Assembly: GCA_023133225.1 (NCBI GenBank)
Contig: JAGLWV010000274.1
Coordinates: 1-39,643, forward strand
Length of the DNA stretch: 39,643 bases
Direction: 5' to 3'
Source: Candidatus Aminicenantes bacterium
GTDB taxonomy: Bacteria > Acidobacteriota > Aminicenantia > Aminicenantales > Aminicenantaceae
Each line of letters starts with the position of its first letter. Position 1 is the first letter of the stretch. The notes beneath the pieces are model-generated. The model did not search any database. It worked only from the letters and a program-made list of their open reading frames with translations, and was not told where the DNA came from. Below are positions 16,596 through 25,773 of this stretch, one piece after another. Made by a program: the position numbers and the translations under genes.

Positions 16596-18740
16596 TTATC
16601 TCTTTTCTTTTAGGCTTTCAATTTTTTTCTTGATCTTTTCTTGATTTGGGTTTATCTCAAGCGATTTCTTCCAGGCCTCCAAAGCCCGCTTCTTATCCCC
16701 AAGCTCATAAAAGCACTCTCCAAGGGGATTCAGGATGTCTACAACACTGCCCTTATGTGAAAGAGCTTTCTGATAATAAGCGATCGCCTCTTCAAGCTCA
16801 CCCACTTCATGAGTTGTTTTTCCGAGATAGTGGTAGAGCGTAAAATTCTCTTTTTTTGCCTTCTCGAAAGGAATGAGGAGTTCTCTCACCCTCCGGAAGT
16901 TTTTTGAAATCAAGAGAACTCTCGCGTAGCTTAAGGCATAATCCAATGAATCCGGCTTTCTCTTATAGGCTTTTGCCAATGCATCGTGAGCTTTTTGTAT
17001 GTCTCCTTTGTTCAGAAACTGATTCCCCAGGACATAAAAATAGTATGGATGATCAGCAGGTGGATTGGTCTGAGCGACTATCCAGGATCCGGGAAGCGGT
17101 TGTGTTGTGACAGAGAAGGCCTCTCTTTCAAAAAGATGCTTTCGTCCCTTTTGATCGAGAAGGGTAACCTCCACTGTGTATATTCCAGGTGAAAATTTTT
17201 CCAGGGGAATCTCTTCGAGAAAATCGCGGCCGTTTTTATATTCATTGATATTCCTGCGTATCGTTTGAAACGCCCGCTCACCTGAATAAAACGCATATTC
17301 CAGCAGTCCCTCTTCTTTCAATTCCTGGGTTAAACCATAGATCTGAAAGAACAGGAACAAAGTGTCTTTTTTTAGGAATCTGTTGTTGATGGATGGATAG
17401 ATCTGAAGATTCCCAACCTGAAAGGCTCTGTTTGATTGACTGTACGGTGAATCACTGTTCACTTTCCTGGCTAAAATGACCGGGCTCATCTGCAGAGATT
17501 CACCCCCGGGTACAGAAATATTTCTTTCGAAAGAGGTGAATTCCTTGGTGACCATGTTTTCCATCAAGAGGTTGAAGATGTAATTCCCTGAAATCATGGG
17601 GAAGGAATCATAGAGAAAAAAAGAGTTCTTCTCTAAAATTTTTAATTCATCCTTTTTCAGCTCAAGCGGAACATCTCTTCTCGCTTGAAAGATGGTTTTC
17701 CCTTTAACATCTGTCAACCGGATGGACATTTTTAGATCAGTAAAGTATTTATCCAGGTAGAGATCGACAGAGAGGGTTTCCGGCACAATGATGTAATTCA
17801 CGAAGAAAAGGCCGGATGGGTCCTGGATAATGCTCACCTTCGACTGGTTCGCCATGTAATAAACGGAATAACTGACATCAACGACCGCCTTATGCTCTAA
17901 AAACTCATAGGCGTAATCATCATTAACTTTTTTATGAGGATAGGATTCCACTTCGCCTATTAACATCGAGGATGAAAGTATTTGTTCCGGGCCGCTTCTT
18001 CCTGGAAAGTTAGAAAATATGGCTTCTGCCAATTCGATCCCAATATTGTGTTTTATGATCATATAAGCGTCCATATCTCTTCTCTCCAAACCTAAAGCCT
18101 TCATTCTCTTTAATTCTTCTTCTCGCGATGGGTCTTCTAATTCTTTTGGCAAGGGATCCTTCATTGTGCTTGTTGAAAAGGCATCCACCCTCTGAGTGAA
18201 AGGGACCAGACTTTTTGGCCCATCTGAGACCGGATTATAAAGCTCAAACTCTCCGGCTCCGTATCTCTGGAAGAACAGGAGTCGAAAGTTAGGTGCCTGC
18301 CCAAGTTTCGGATTGCCTTGATAATACCAGATCTCTATGGGATATGTGTCTGCTGACATGTATCTCTCTACTGTGACAGGCCTGCCCAGCATGATATAAA
18401 ATCTTCCTCTATCCGTTCTCCAACCCTTTGTAGGTGCCCATCTTCCGAATTTCTTATTCGCGTATTCAATTCTTCTGAAGTGTTCATCTTTGAATTCATT
18501 CCGGGGTGTAGCCGGAGTCGGATCTCTCTGTCGCCAGAATTCTTCAATAAAAAGATCCCTTTCCCTGTCATTTTCCAGCTTGTAAAAAACGTCCTTTTCC
18601 TTAGGAGTGATGATATAGAGGATGTCTTCTTTTATCCATTTCCTGTATTTTCTGGGTAACTCGGGACTTTGCTTTGAATAGAGTGTAAAAGAAAAGATAA
18701 AAGAAATGAATACTATCGTGCTGCAAAGTTTTCCTTTCAT
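16596..18740 (-). CDS. GWxTD domain protein with C-terminal TPRs
   Basis: YRKW..YIITPKE..FIEEFWRQRDPTP..GWRTDRGRFYIMLGRP; TPR repeats at the C terminus; signal peptide. Confidence 0.92.
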   Translation of the reverse strand: MKGKLCSTIVFISFIFSFTLYSKQSPELPRKYRKWIKEDILYIITPKEKDVFYKLENDRERDLFIEEFWRQRDPTPATPRNEFKDEHFRRIEYANKKFGRWAPTKGWRTDRGRFYIMLGRPVTVERYMSADTYPIEIWYYQGNPKLGQAPNFRLLFFQRYGAGEFELYNPVSDGPKSLVPFTQRVDAFSTSTMKDPLPKELEDPSREEELKRMKALGLERRDMDAYMIIKHNIGIELAEAIFSNFPGRSGPEQILSSSMLIGEVESYPHKKVNDDYAYEFLEHKAVVDVSYSVYYMANQSKVSIIQDPSGLFFVNYIIVPETLSVDLYLDKYFTDLKMSIRLTDVKGKTIFQARRDVPLELKKDELKILEKNSFFLYDSFPMISGNYIFNLLMENMVTKEFTSFERNISVPGGESLQMSPVILARKVNSDSPYSQSNRAFQVGNLQIYPSINNRFLKKDTLFLFFQIYGLTQELKEEGLLEYAFYSGERAFQTIRRNINEYKNGRDFLEEIPLEKFSPGIYTVEVTLLDQKGRKHLFEREAFSVTTQPLPGSWIVAQTNPPADHPYYFYVLGNQFLNKGDIQKAHDALAKAYKRKPDSLDYALSYARVLLISKNFRRVRELLIPFEKAKKENFTLYHYLGKTTHEVGELEEAIAYYQKALSHKGSVVDILNPLGECFYELGDKKRALEAWKKSLEINPNQEKIKKKIESLKEKR

Positions 18741-18785
18741 TTTTCAAACTCCCTCATTCCTGAAAAAAGAAGAAAAAAGGCATTT

Positions 18786-19913
18786 TCAGAATTTAAATCT
18801 AATTCCGGCTCGAAGGCTAATACCGCTGAAATCAAAAACGGCCTTTCTTACCACCTTATAACCGGATGGTTCTTCCTCAAGTACGGCCAGGTAAGGATAT
18901 TTTTCATCTTCCAGGTAATAAAGCGTTCCTTTTGCTTTTATGGAATCAACAAAATCATATACAACCCACTCTCTTTCTACGGCCGTCCCTTTGAGGTTGG
19001 AAATCCTGGCATATCTCCCCCGGCCTTCGATAAAAAAGACAGCTCTTGGAGTTAAATTGATTTCAAACCCGATCCCCCCGTGAAATCCGAGACTCTTGGC
19101 ACGTGCAGTGTGATAAAGACTCTTCATATCCATCCAGTTCGAAGCCAAAGAATAGGAATACTTTGTTTGATAGAGTGCGGCTCCACAGTTAAAAGAGACA
19201 GCAAATAACTGATGAATGGGAAGAGTGAAAAACAATCCCAGTCTGATAGGAACAGCGTTTATCACAGGTGAACTATTCACCTGCGGCAATCCATCTAAGT
19301 CCTCTCTGGAAATAGTGAGAACACTTGTTTCAACTCCACGAATATAACCTGCTCCCAGTCCAATTCCTATGTGAGGGGTGAGGTTAAAAATGATATCTCC
19401 TGCGATATCAACTGCTCTATGGAAAGATCTTGTTCTGATATCCAGGGTGTATCCTTCAGAGGAGAGAAAATCTGCAGTGGAATCATACAAGCCTCTGGTC
19501 CCTTTATCTATGTCCCCACCAAAAAAAATGTTCAGGCCTCCACTCAGCCTCACGCTCAATCCTATTCCCCGGAAAAACTCAGGTTCTTCCTCCCAAAAAT
19601 CCGGTTCTTTAATCGTTTTTTCCCTTATTATGTCTACAGCGTTTGAATGAATGTAGCCTATAACCACAAATCCTTCCTTGTCAGGCCCTATGATCACCCG
19701 GAACCATTCTCCTTCCTTTTCATACGATTTTAAAATCGTTCCTTTTAAGGCGGCAGCTACAGCCGGACTTCTTTTATCGGGCTCCAGCCGAATATCTGCC
19801 TTTTCAACCTTGATTTTTAGCTCCCATTCAGAGGATTTCGAATTTAATGCAGAAATATTGAGAGGTAAAAGACAGAGGACGAATAGAATGAGAAAACGGT
19901 TTATTCTGCCTAT
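18786..19913 (-). CDS. Outer-membrane beta-barrel protein with N-terminal SH3-like domain; likely ATA start
   Basis: ADIRLEP..GEWFRV..GYIH (bacterial SH3), amphipathic strands, C-terminal RAGIRFKF. A GAGGAG RBS sits 7 nt before ATA 19913, which opens a signal peptide. The ORF track extends to 20051. Confidence 0.75.
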   Translation of the reverse strand: MGRINRFLILFVLCLLPLNISALNSKSSEWELKIKVEKADIRLEPDKRSPAVAAALKGTILKSYEKEGEWFRVIIGPDKEGFVVIGYIHSNAVDIIREKTIKEPDFWEEEPEFFRGIGLSVRLSGGLNIFFGGDIDKGTRGLYDSTADFLSSEGYTLDIRTRSFHRAVDIAGDIIFNLTPHIGIGLGAGYIRGVETSVLTISREDLDGLPQVNSSPVINAVPIRLGLFFTLPIHQLFAVSFNCGAALYQTKYSYSLASNWMDMKSLYHTARAKSLGFHGGIGFEINLTPRAVFFIEGRGRYARISNLKGTAVEREWVVYDFVDSIKAKGTLYYLEDEKYPYLAVLEEEPSGYKVVRKAVFDFSGISLRAGIRFKF

Positions 19914-20116
19914 TTCAGGACTCCTCTCTACTCTACTATCTCTACAATATTTATACCATATCCATACCAAATAATAACAGATTAAGGCATTCCTTTTCAA
20001 TGTTATCACTATCCACGATGCGACGATGCGTGAGGGAGTCATCAAACACACAAAAAAAATTCCAAAATGAAATAAGTATATGATATAATATTAAGTACAA
20101 ACAGGAGGAGACACAG

Positions 20117-20956
20117 ATGAAAAAAACAACATCGACAAAAATCATCCTATCATTTTTAATGATAGTGATACTCTCCCTTACAGGTTTTTCCAAAACAAAA
20201 ACAGTCACCAGCAGCTGGCTGAGTTCTCCATTAAACATCGATGGGCTCTCTGGTGACTGGGGAGATGCTGCCCTGAGCTTCGAGAAAAAGGTATCCGTCG
20301 ATTACGCCTTCAAGAATGATGCGGAAAATCTCTTCGTGCTTTTTATTTTCAAAGATCCTAAATATTTAAGCTCGATCAATGAGACGGGTATGACACTATG
20401 GTTCAACACCGAAGGAAAAAAGAAAAAGAATTACGGCATAACATTTCTTAAAAAGAAGATCTCGGCTGATGACTACATTTCTTATTTAGAACAGCAGAGA
20501 GGACCAATTCCCGAGGAAGAGAAGAAGAAAATATCAGCAAATCGCAGTTATTCTCTTCACAGCACTCATGTCATAAACAAAAAGAGTAAATCTTCCTCTC
20601 AACCCTCTGAGAGTGGAGAGATAAAACCCGCTCTATTCAGGTCGAAGAACCAGAACAAAATGACGGTGTATGAGCTTGTCATTCCTTTAAAAAGGCTCGC
20701 AGAAAATGCTCCTGGAATCGGAACTGAGCCGGGAAAAATCCTAAAGGTCGGTTTTGAATGGGGAGGAATGACAGAAGAGATGAAAAAGAGAATGCTTCAA
20801 AGGCAAGTCGCCTCGGGAAGAAGAACCTCAGGAGCTGCTGACTCCTGGAGTGGTGATTTGAGTCAAGGTAAAGGGGGGAGTTCAGTTCCGAAAACAAGTC
20901 GAAATCCTAAAAAACGTTCTTTCTGGGTGGATATCCACTTAGCTCAAAATAAGTGA
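20117..20956 (+). CDS. Exported hypothetical protein (CBM9/DOMON-like IDG..DW motif), paralog of 32378-33241
   Basis: AGGAGG RBS, signal peptide, IDGLSGDW, NDAENL, TLWF, YELVIPL. Confidence 0.75.
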   Translation: MKKTTSTKIILSFLMIVILSLTGFSKTKTVTSSWLSSPLNIDGLSGDWGDAALSFEKKVSVDYAFKNDAENLFVLFIFKDPKYLSSINETGMTLWFNTEGKKKKNYGITFLKKKISADDYISYLEQQRGPIPEEEKKKISANRSYSLHSTHVINKKSKSSSQPSESGEIKPALFRSKNQNKMTVYELVIPLKRLAENAPGIGTEPGKILKVGFEWGGMTEEMKKRMLQRQVASGRRTSGAADSWSGDLSQGKGGSSVPKTSRNPKKRSFWVDIHLAQNK

Positions 20957-20976
20957 GCAAGTCCTCGACAGAATGG

Positions 20977-21666
20977 CTATTTGATCTCTTTTAGATTTTC
21001 GAGTTCTTTGGTGTATTGATCGATATCTGTGATGCCGTATGTCCGTTCTCTGCTCTGCTGTTCAAACTCGCCCAGAAACCTGTTTCCTGCAAAGTCCCCC
21101 TGCGACAATTTCCATTTATTGGGTTTGGAAAACGAGAATGCATAATAAATCATCTGCTTCTCATATTGATAGGTCCAGACTTCTGCTGTTCTTGCCTGAA
21201 TATCTTCTTTATCTCTTTCCGCTGCAATTCCGGTGACTCCTCCTCCACCTTCCCGGACCTTCATTGCCCAGTTATCCGTTTGCCTGTAATCGACCGCTGC
21301 CGGACTTCCGTTCAATAGATAGATTCTTGCCCGGTCAGTGTTCCAGGGCTGGCGGAAATTTTCTCTTTTGAAGGCATTTGCCGCAAAAGCAATTCTTTTC
21401 AGGAATTCCCTTTTGGATTCCGGCCTCCTGAATTTCCAGAAAAGAATTTGAAATTCTTCCCTTCCTTCAACGGTGAGCTCCTTATAAGCTGCCCGTTCAA
21501 AATCCTGCATGATGATGTAATGCTGCATATACCATGTGTCTTTGGACGGGAGCAAATTCATGCCGCAAGCTCCCAAAGCCAGGAAGGAAAGGACCAGAAT
21601 TCCCATCTTCAGGAAGTTGAATTTTCCCCCAAACCGGGACCGATTCCTTAGTGTAAATTTTTTCAT
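20977..21666 (-). CDS. GWxTD domain lipoprotein (PWNTD variant)
   Basis: Lipobox LGAC; FWKFR..EFLKRIAFA..PWNTDRARIYLLNGSP..EVWTY. Confidence 0.82.
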   Translation of the reverse strand: MKKFTLRNRSRFGGKFNFLKMGILVLSFLALGACGMNLLPSKDTWYMQHYIIMQDFERAAYKELTVEGREEFQILFWKFRRPESKREFLKRIAFAANAFKRENFRQPWNTDRARIYLLNGSPAAVDYRQTDNWAMKVREGGGGVTGIAAERDKEDIQARTAEVWTYQYEKQMIYYAFSFSKPNKWKLSQGDFAGNRFLGEFEQQSRERTYGITDIDQYTKELENLKEIK

Positions 21667-21729
21667 AATATTATATTACTAACACAGGGGAAAAAGGTTG
21701 TCAAAATCGATCCCGTAAAAAAGGGAGGC

Positions 21730-21758
21730 TTGATAATTGCCACTGCGTGCAGTATATT
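21730..21758 (+). promoter_or_regulatory. Sigma70-type promoter; probable leaderless start at GTG 21765
   Basis: TTGATA-N17-TATATT, then 6 nt, then GTG; no SD in between. Confidence 0.5.
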
Positions 21759-21764
21759 ATTATT

Positions 21765-23828
21765 GTGAAAATAAAATTCATCTTTCCCTTACTTCTTTCT
21801 CTAAGCTTGATCTCAACTCTCCCCCTCTTCAGCCAGGTTAAAAAATCGCTAAAGGACCTGGGTGAAACATATAGAAAATGGCTGGAAGAGGAAGTTGTAT
21901 ACATCATTACTCCTAATGAAAAAGAGGTTTTTCTTCAGCTTGAAACGGATAGAGAAAGAGAAATATTCCTCAACGCCTTCTGGAAACAAAGAGACCCCAC
22001 ACCCGGCACTCCTGCAAATGAATATAAGCAAGAACATTACAGCCGGATCAAGTATGCCAACACCTGGTTTGGGAAAGAGTCACCCGGGCCGGGTTGGCGA
22101 TCAGATATGGGGAGAATTTACATCATGCTGGGACTACCACAAGCAATCCAGAAACACGAAAACCTTCCCGAGGTTTTCCCTCTCATTATCTGGTTTTATG
22201 GCGGCATGATCGAATACGGGCTTCCCAATGCCTTTAATGTCGTATTTTTTAAAAAATATGGAATGGGCGATTATGAGCTCTATTCTCCTGTTAAATATGG
22301 ACCCCAACATCTCCTGATCCATTATAAGGGAGACGCAACCAGTTACATAGATGCTTACTCCGAACTTTTTAATGTCGATCCCACCATAGCCGAAGTATCT
22401 ATGACTTTGATACCAGGTGATTCACAGTCTCTTTCCCCTTCTCTTGCTTCAGAGATCCTTATTTGGCAAAAAGTCCCTTCTGCTCCCTATAAAAAGGTTG
22501 AAGATTCCTACGCAAAAAAACTTCTCATGTATAAAGATATTGTTGAGGTTGACTACACGGCCAACTACATAGAAAACGATTCTCTGGTCAAAGTGATTCA
22601 AGATAAATCGGGGATTTTTTTCGTGCATTATCTCATTGAGCCGAGAAGGCTGACCTTTGAACAGTATCTGGATAGATTCCTTTCTAACTTAGAGATCATC
22701 GGTAAAATTTCTGACCTAAACGGAAGGACAATCTACCAATTCGAAAGAACCGTTCCTATCGAATTCAATGAAGGACAAATAACCAATATTAAAAATAAAT
22801 TATTTAGCTTTCAAGGTATGTTTCCTTTGGTTACAGGACAATACAGATTCAATCTGTTATTGAAAAATTCCATCTCGAAAGAATTTACCTCGGTTGAATC
22901 GGAGATTACGATCCCGGAGGCTTCTTCTCTCCGGATAAGCTCTCTCATCCTGGCAAATAAACTCGACATCAATTCAAAGCATAAAGGGAAAAACAAGCCT
23001 TTTCTGATCGAAGGTTCTCAGCTCGTTCCCTCCCCTCGAAATGATTTCTCCCCGCAAGAGACATTGTATCTTTTCCTCCAGATTCAGGGCTTGACCGAAG
23101 ACCTGAGAGAGAATGCTTTCCTCGAGTATTCCATTATAAGGGATGACAAAAAAATTCATTCTTTGGTTAAAGGCATAAAAGAGTACCCGAAACAAACAAA
23201 CTTTTTTGAAGAATTTCCCCTGGCCAATCTGCCTGCCGCTTACTATAAAATAAAAGCCTCTCTTCTCAACAAAAATCAGGAGGAAATCCTCTCCGAACAA
23301 AGCCGGTTTTATGTAACAGCGGTGATAAATCTGCCCCGGCCCTGGGTTCTTTCTCTACCCATACCGCCTATAGAAGATCCTGCCACTGCACACATCCTGG
23401 GAAATCAATTTTTAAACAAAAAAGATCTTCAAAAGGCAAAATCTCTTCTGGAAGAGGCTTATAATAAAAATCCAAATTCCCAGAATTACGCTTTAAGTCT
23501 GAGTCGAGTCCTTTTTATCGCTAAAGAGTACCAAAGGATAAAACAGATAGCTCTTCCTTTTCTTAAAGACCAAAGAAAATATGCATTTTTGCAAATAGTG
23601 GGACAATCCTGCCAGGCTCTGGGAGAGCTTAACGAGGCCATTTCTCACTATAAGGATTATCTTTCTCATTTCGGCACAAATATCATCATTCTCAACTCCA
23701 TAGGAAAATGTTACTATCAATTGGGCAACACAAAAGAAGCTCTCATCGCATGGGAGAAGTCCTTAGAGCTCAATCCCGGTCAGGAAGAGCTGAAAACATT
23801 AGTAAAATCCCTAAAAGAGAAGAAATGA
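21765..23828 (+). CDS. GWxTD domain protein with C-terminal TPRs (GWRSD variant)
   Basis: YRKWLEEEVVYIITPNE..FWKQRDPTP..GWRSDMGRIYIMLGLP; TPRs; full-length paralog of 16596-18740. Confidence 0.92.
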   Translation: MKIKFIFPLLLSLSLISTLPLFSQVKKSLKDLGETYRKWLEEEVVYIITPNEKEVFLQLETDREREIFLNAFWKQRDPTPGTPANEYKQEHYSRIKYANTWFGKESPGPGWRSDMGRIYIMLGLPQAIQKHENLPEVFPLIIWFYGGMIEYGLPNAFNVVFFKKYGMGDYELYSPVKYGPQHLLIHYKGDATSYIDAYSELFNVDPTIAEVSMTLIPGDSQSLSPSLASEILIWQKVPSAPYKKVEDSYAKKLLMYKDIVEVDYTANYIENDSLVKVIQDKSGIFFVHYLIEPRRLTFEQYLDRFLSNLEIIGKISDLNGRTIYQFERTVPIEFNEGQITNIKNKLFSFQGMFPLVTGQYRFNLLLKNSISKEFTSVESEITIPEASSLRISSLILANKLDINSKHKGKNKPFLIEGSQLVPSPRNDFSPQETLYLFLQIQGLTEDLRENAFLEYSIIRDDKKIHSLVKGIKEYPKQTNFFEEFPLANLPAAYYKIKASLLNKNQEEILSEQSRFYVTAVINLPRPWVLSLPIPPIEDPATAHILGNQFLNKKDLQKAKSLLEEAYNKNPNSQNYALSLSRVLFIAKEYQRIKQIALPFLKDQRKYAFLQIVGQSCQALGELNEAISHYKDYLSHFGTNIIILNSIGKCYYQLGNTKEALIAWEKSLELNPGQEELKTLVKSLKEKK

Positions 23829-24724
23829 AAAAAACGTTTTTTATCCTTTTTCCTGTCTGTTTCTTCCTCCTTGTTTCTTGTGCTTCTTACAGGCTGGAAA
23901 AAAAACTATCCCCTGTAAATAAGGAATTCCTTTCCAAAGTGAGATACATCATCACCAGACAAGAGCGAAAAATCTTCCTCAATCTCCTTCCTTCAGACAG
24001 GAAGAGTTTCATTGAAGAATTCTGGGAAAAAAGAGACCCTGATCCTGATACAGAAATAAATGAGTTTAGGGAAGAATATTTCGAGCTTATTGAAGAAGCC
24101 AATCTTCTCTTTAAAGAGGGAAGCACTCCGGGTTGGCTCCAGGAGAGAGGAAGGGTGTACATCACCCTTGGCCCCCCTGACAACAGAGAAACGTATCCAA
24201 GAGGCATGTCTTTGTATGGAAAACCCATGGAGATATGGTATTACGGTTTTTTCCCGGTAGTCTTTATTGATGACAACTGGACCGGCAGCTATAAACTGGA
24301 GCCTCTCAGTGCCCAGCACATTAGTGCGATCAATAAAACCCAGGTCGATTCAAGACCGGAAGTCTCCAAGCAAAAAGTTGTCTTTGACTTCCATCTTAAT
24401 ATAAAAAAAGTGAAAGAAGGTGAAGCTCTTTTTCAAGTTGAAATTCCTTATAAAAATATCTGGTTTGCAGTAAAAGAGAATCTATTACAAACAATTTTAG
24501 AAGTCTCCGTGGAAGTATTGGATCAGGCTGAAAAAAAAGTATGGCAGCACCAGGAAAATTATGTAATCTCATTAACCGAAAAAAATCTCGAAGAACTCAT
24601 CGGCAAGAATTATTTGATCGAGGTTTCGGCAAATATCAATCCTGGAAATTACATTCTTGCCGTAGAGATCGGAAACAATACGGGTGGAGAGCGGGTGAGG
24701 AAAAGAGCCAAATTCACCGTCTGA
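23825..24724 (+). CDS. GWxTD domain lipoprotein (GWLQE variant)
   Basis: ATGA overlap with the upstream gene; lipobox LVSC; YIITRQE..FIEEFWEKRDPDP..GWLQERGRVYITLGPP..EIWYY. Confidence 0.9.
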   Translation: MKKTFFILFPVCFFLLVSCASYRLEKKLSPVNKEFLSKVRYIITRQERKIFLNLLPSDRKSFIEEFWEKRDPDPDTEINEFREEYFELIEEANLLFKEGSTPGWLQERGRVYITLGPPDNRETYPRGMSLYGKPMEIWYYGFFPVVFIDDNWTGSYKLEPLSAQHISAINKTQVDSRPEVSKQKVVFDFHLNIKKVKEGEALFQVEIPYKNIWFAVKENLLQTILEVSVEVLDQAEKKVWQHQENYVISLTEKNLEELIGKNYLIEVSANINPGNYILAVEIGNNTGGERVRKRAKFTV

Positions 24725-24779
24725 TCACTCAGGTAAAGTGAAAACGAGAAAAAAAAGAGGGAAGAAGAGGGAGGGAAGA

Positions 24780-25754
24780 ATGAAGGCCAAAGCATTTTTA
24801 AAGTTATCTCTATGCCTTTTGTTTTCTTTTTTGCTCGTCATGAGCGCCGCTGGACAAGCGGCAAGAGGAAAAGGAAGAGCCCATGGAGCCGTCATCGATG
24901 ACAAAGGAAATCCTATCATACCGGCAAAGGTTATCATTGAATTTTTAGGAGGCGAAGTTGCCAAATTTGAGACCACTTCCAAAAAAAGGGGATGGAGTTT
25001 TTTGGGGCTTGGCACAGGGAGGTGGAAAGTGACTGCCTCTGCAGATGGATATATTCCTTATTCAGCAGAAATTTTTGTCCGGCAGCTCGGGATGAATCCG
25101 AAATTAACTTTGACTTTACAGAAGATTCAATCGACTGATTCATTTTTAATCGAAGATGAATCAACTTTCGAACTCTTAGACAAAGGCAATAGGCTCTTCA
25201 CCGAGAAAAAATACGACGCGGCTCTTTTGGCTTACAAGGAATTTCTCGACAAAAATCCCGGTGCCTATCAGGTCCGCCTCAATATTGCCGACTGCTACCG
25301 AGAAAAGGGAGAATATGAACAAGCCCTTGAAGAATATAAAATAATCCTGGAAAAAATCTCCTCAGACGAACCCAAAGGCAAAGAAATCGCTGCCAAGGCT
25401 ATGGCCGGAATAGGCGATTGTTATCTGAAAAAACAGGATTTTGAAAATGCACAGAATTATTTCAAGCAATCTATTGAAACATATCCGGAAGATGAGCTCA
25501 TCGCTTACAATGTCGGAGAAATATACTTTTCCAATCAAAAACTCGATGAAGCCATCCAGTATTTCACCCTGGCAAGCAAGATCAAGCCGGACTGGAGTGA
25601 TCCTTATTACAAATTGGGGCTTGTTTACTTGAATAAAGCTGATTTCGAGAAAGCCATAGAAACGCTCGAGAAATTTTTGACGCTCGAGCCGAACACAGAA
25701 AGATCAGCAAATGTCAAAAATATTCTTACTCAGATAAAAAAAATAAAAAAGTAA
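24780..25754 (+). CDS. Exported TPR protein with N-terminal carboxypeptidase-regulatory-like domain
   Basis: Signal peptide; GAVIDDKGNPI..GLGTGRWKVTASADGY; about 5 TPR repeats. Confidence 0.88.
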   Translation: MKAKAFLKLSLCLLFSFLLVMSAAGQAARGKGRAHGAVIDDKGNPIIPAKVIIEFLGGEVAKFETTSKKRGWSFLGLGTGRWKVTASADGYIPYSAEIFVRQLGMNPKLTLTLQKIQSTDSFLIEDESTFELLDKGNRLFTEKKYDAALLAYKEFLDKNPGAYQVRLNIADCYREKGEYEQALEEYKIILEKISSDEPKGKEIAAKAMAGIGDCYLKKQDFENAQNYFKQSIETYPEDELIAYNVGEIYFSNQKLDEAIQYFTLASKIKPDWSDPYYKLGLVYLNKADFEKAIETLEKFLTLEPNTERSANVKNILTQIKKIKK

Positions 25755-25773
25755 ATTCATCTCAAATATCCAT

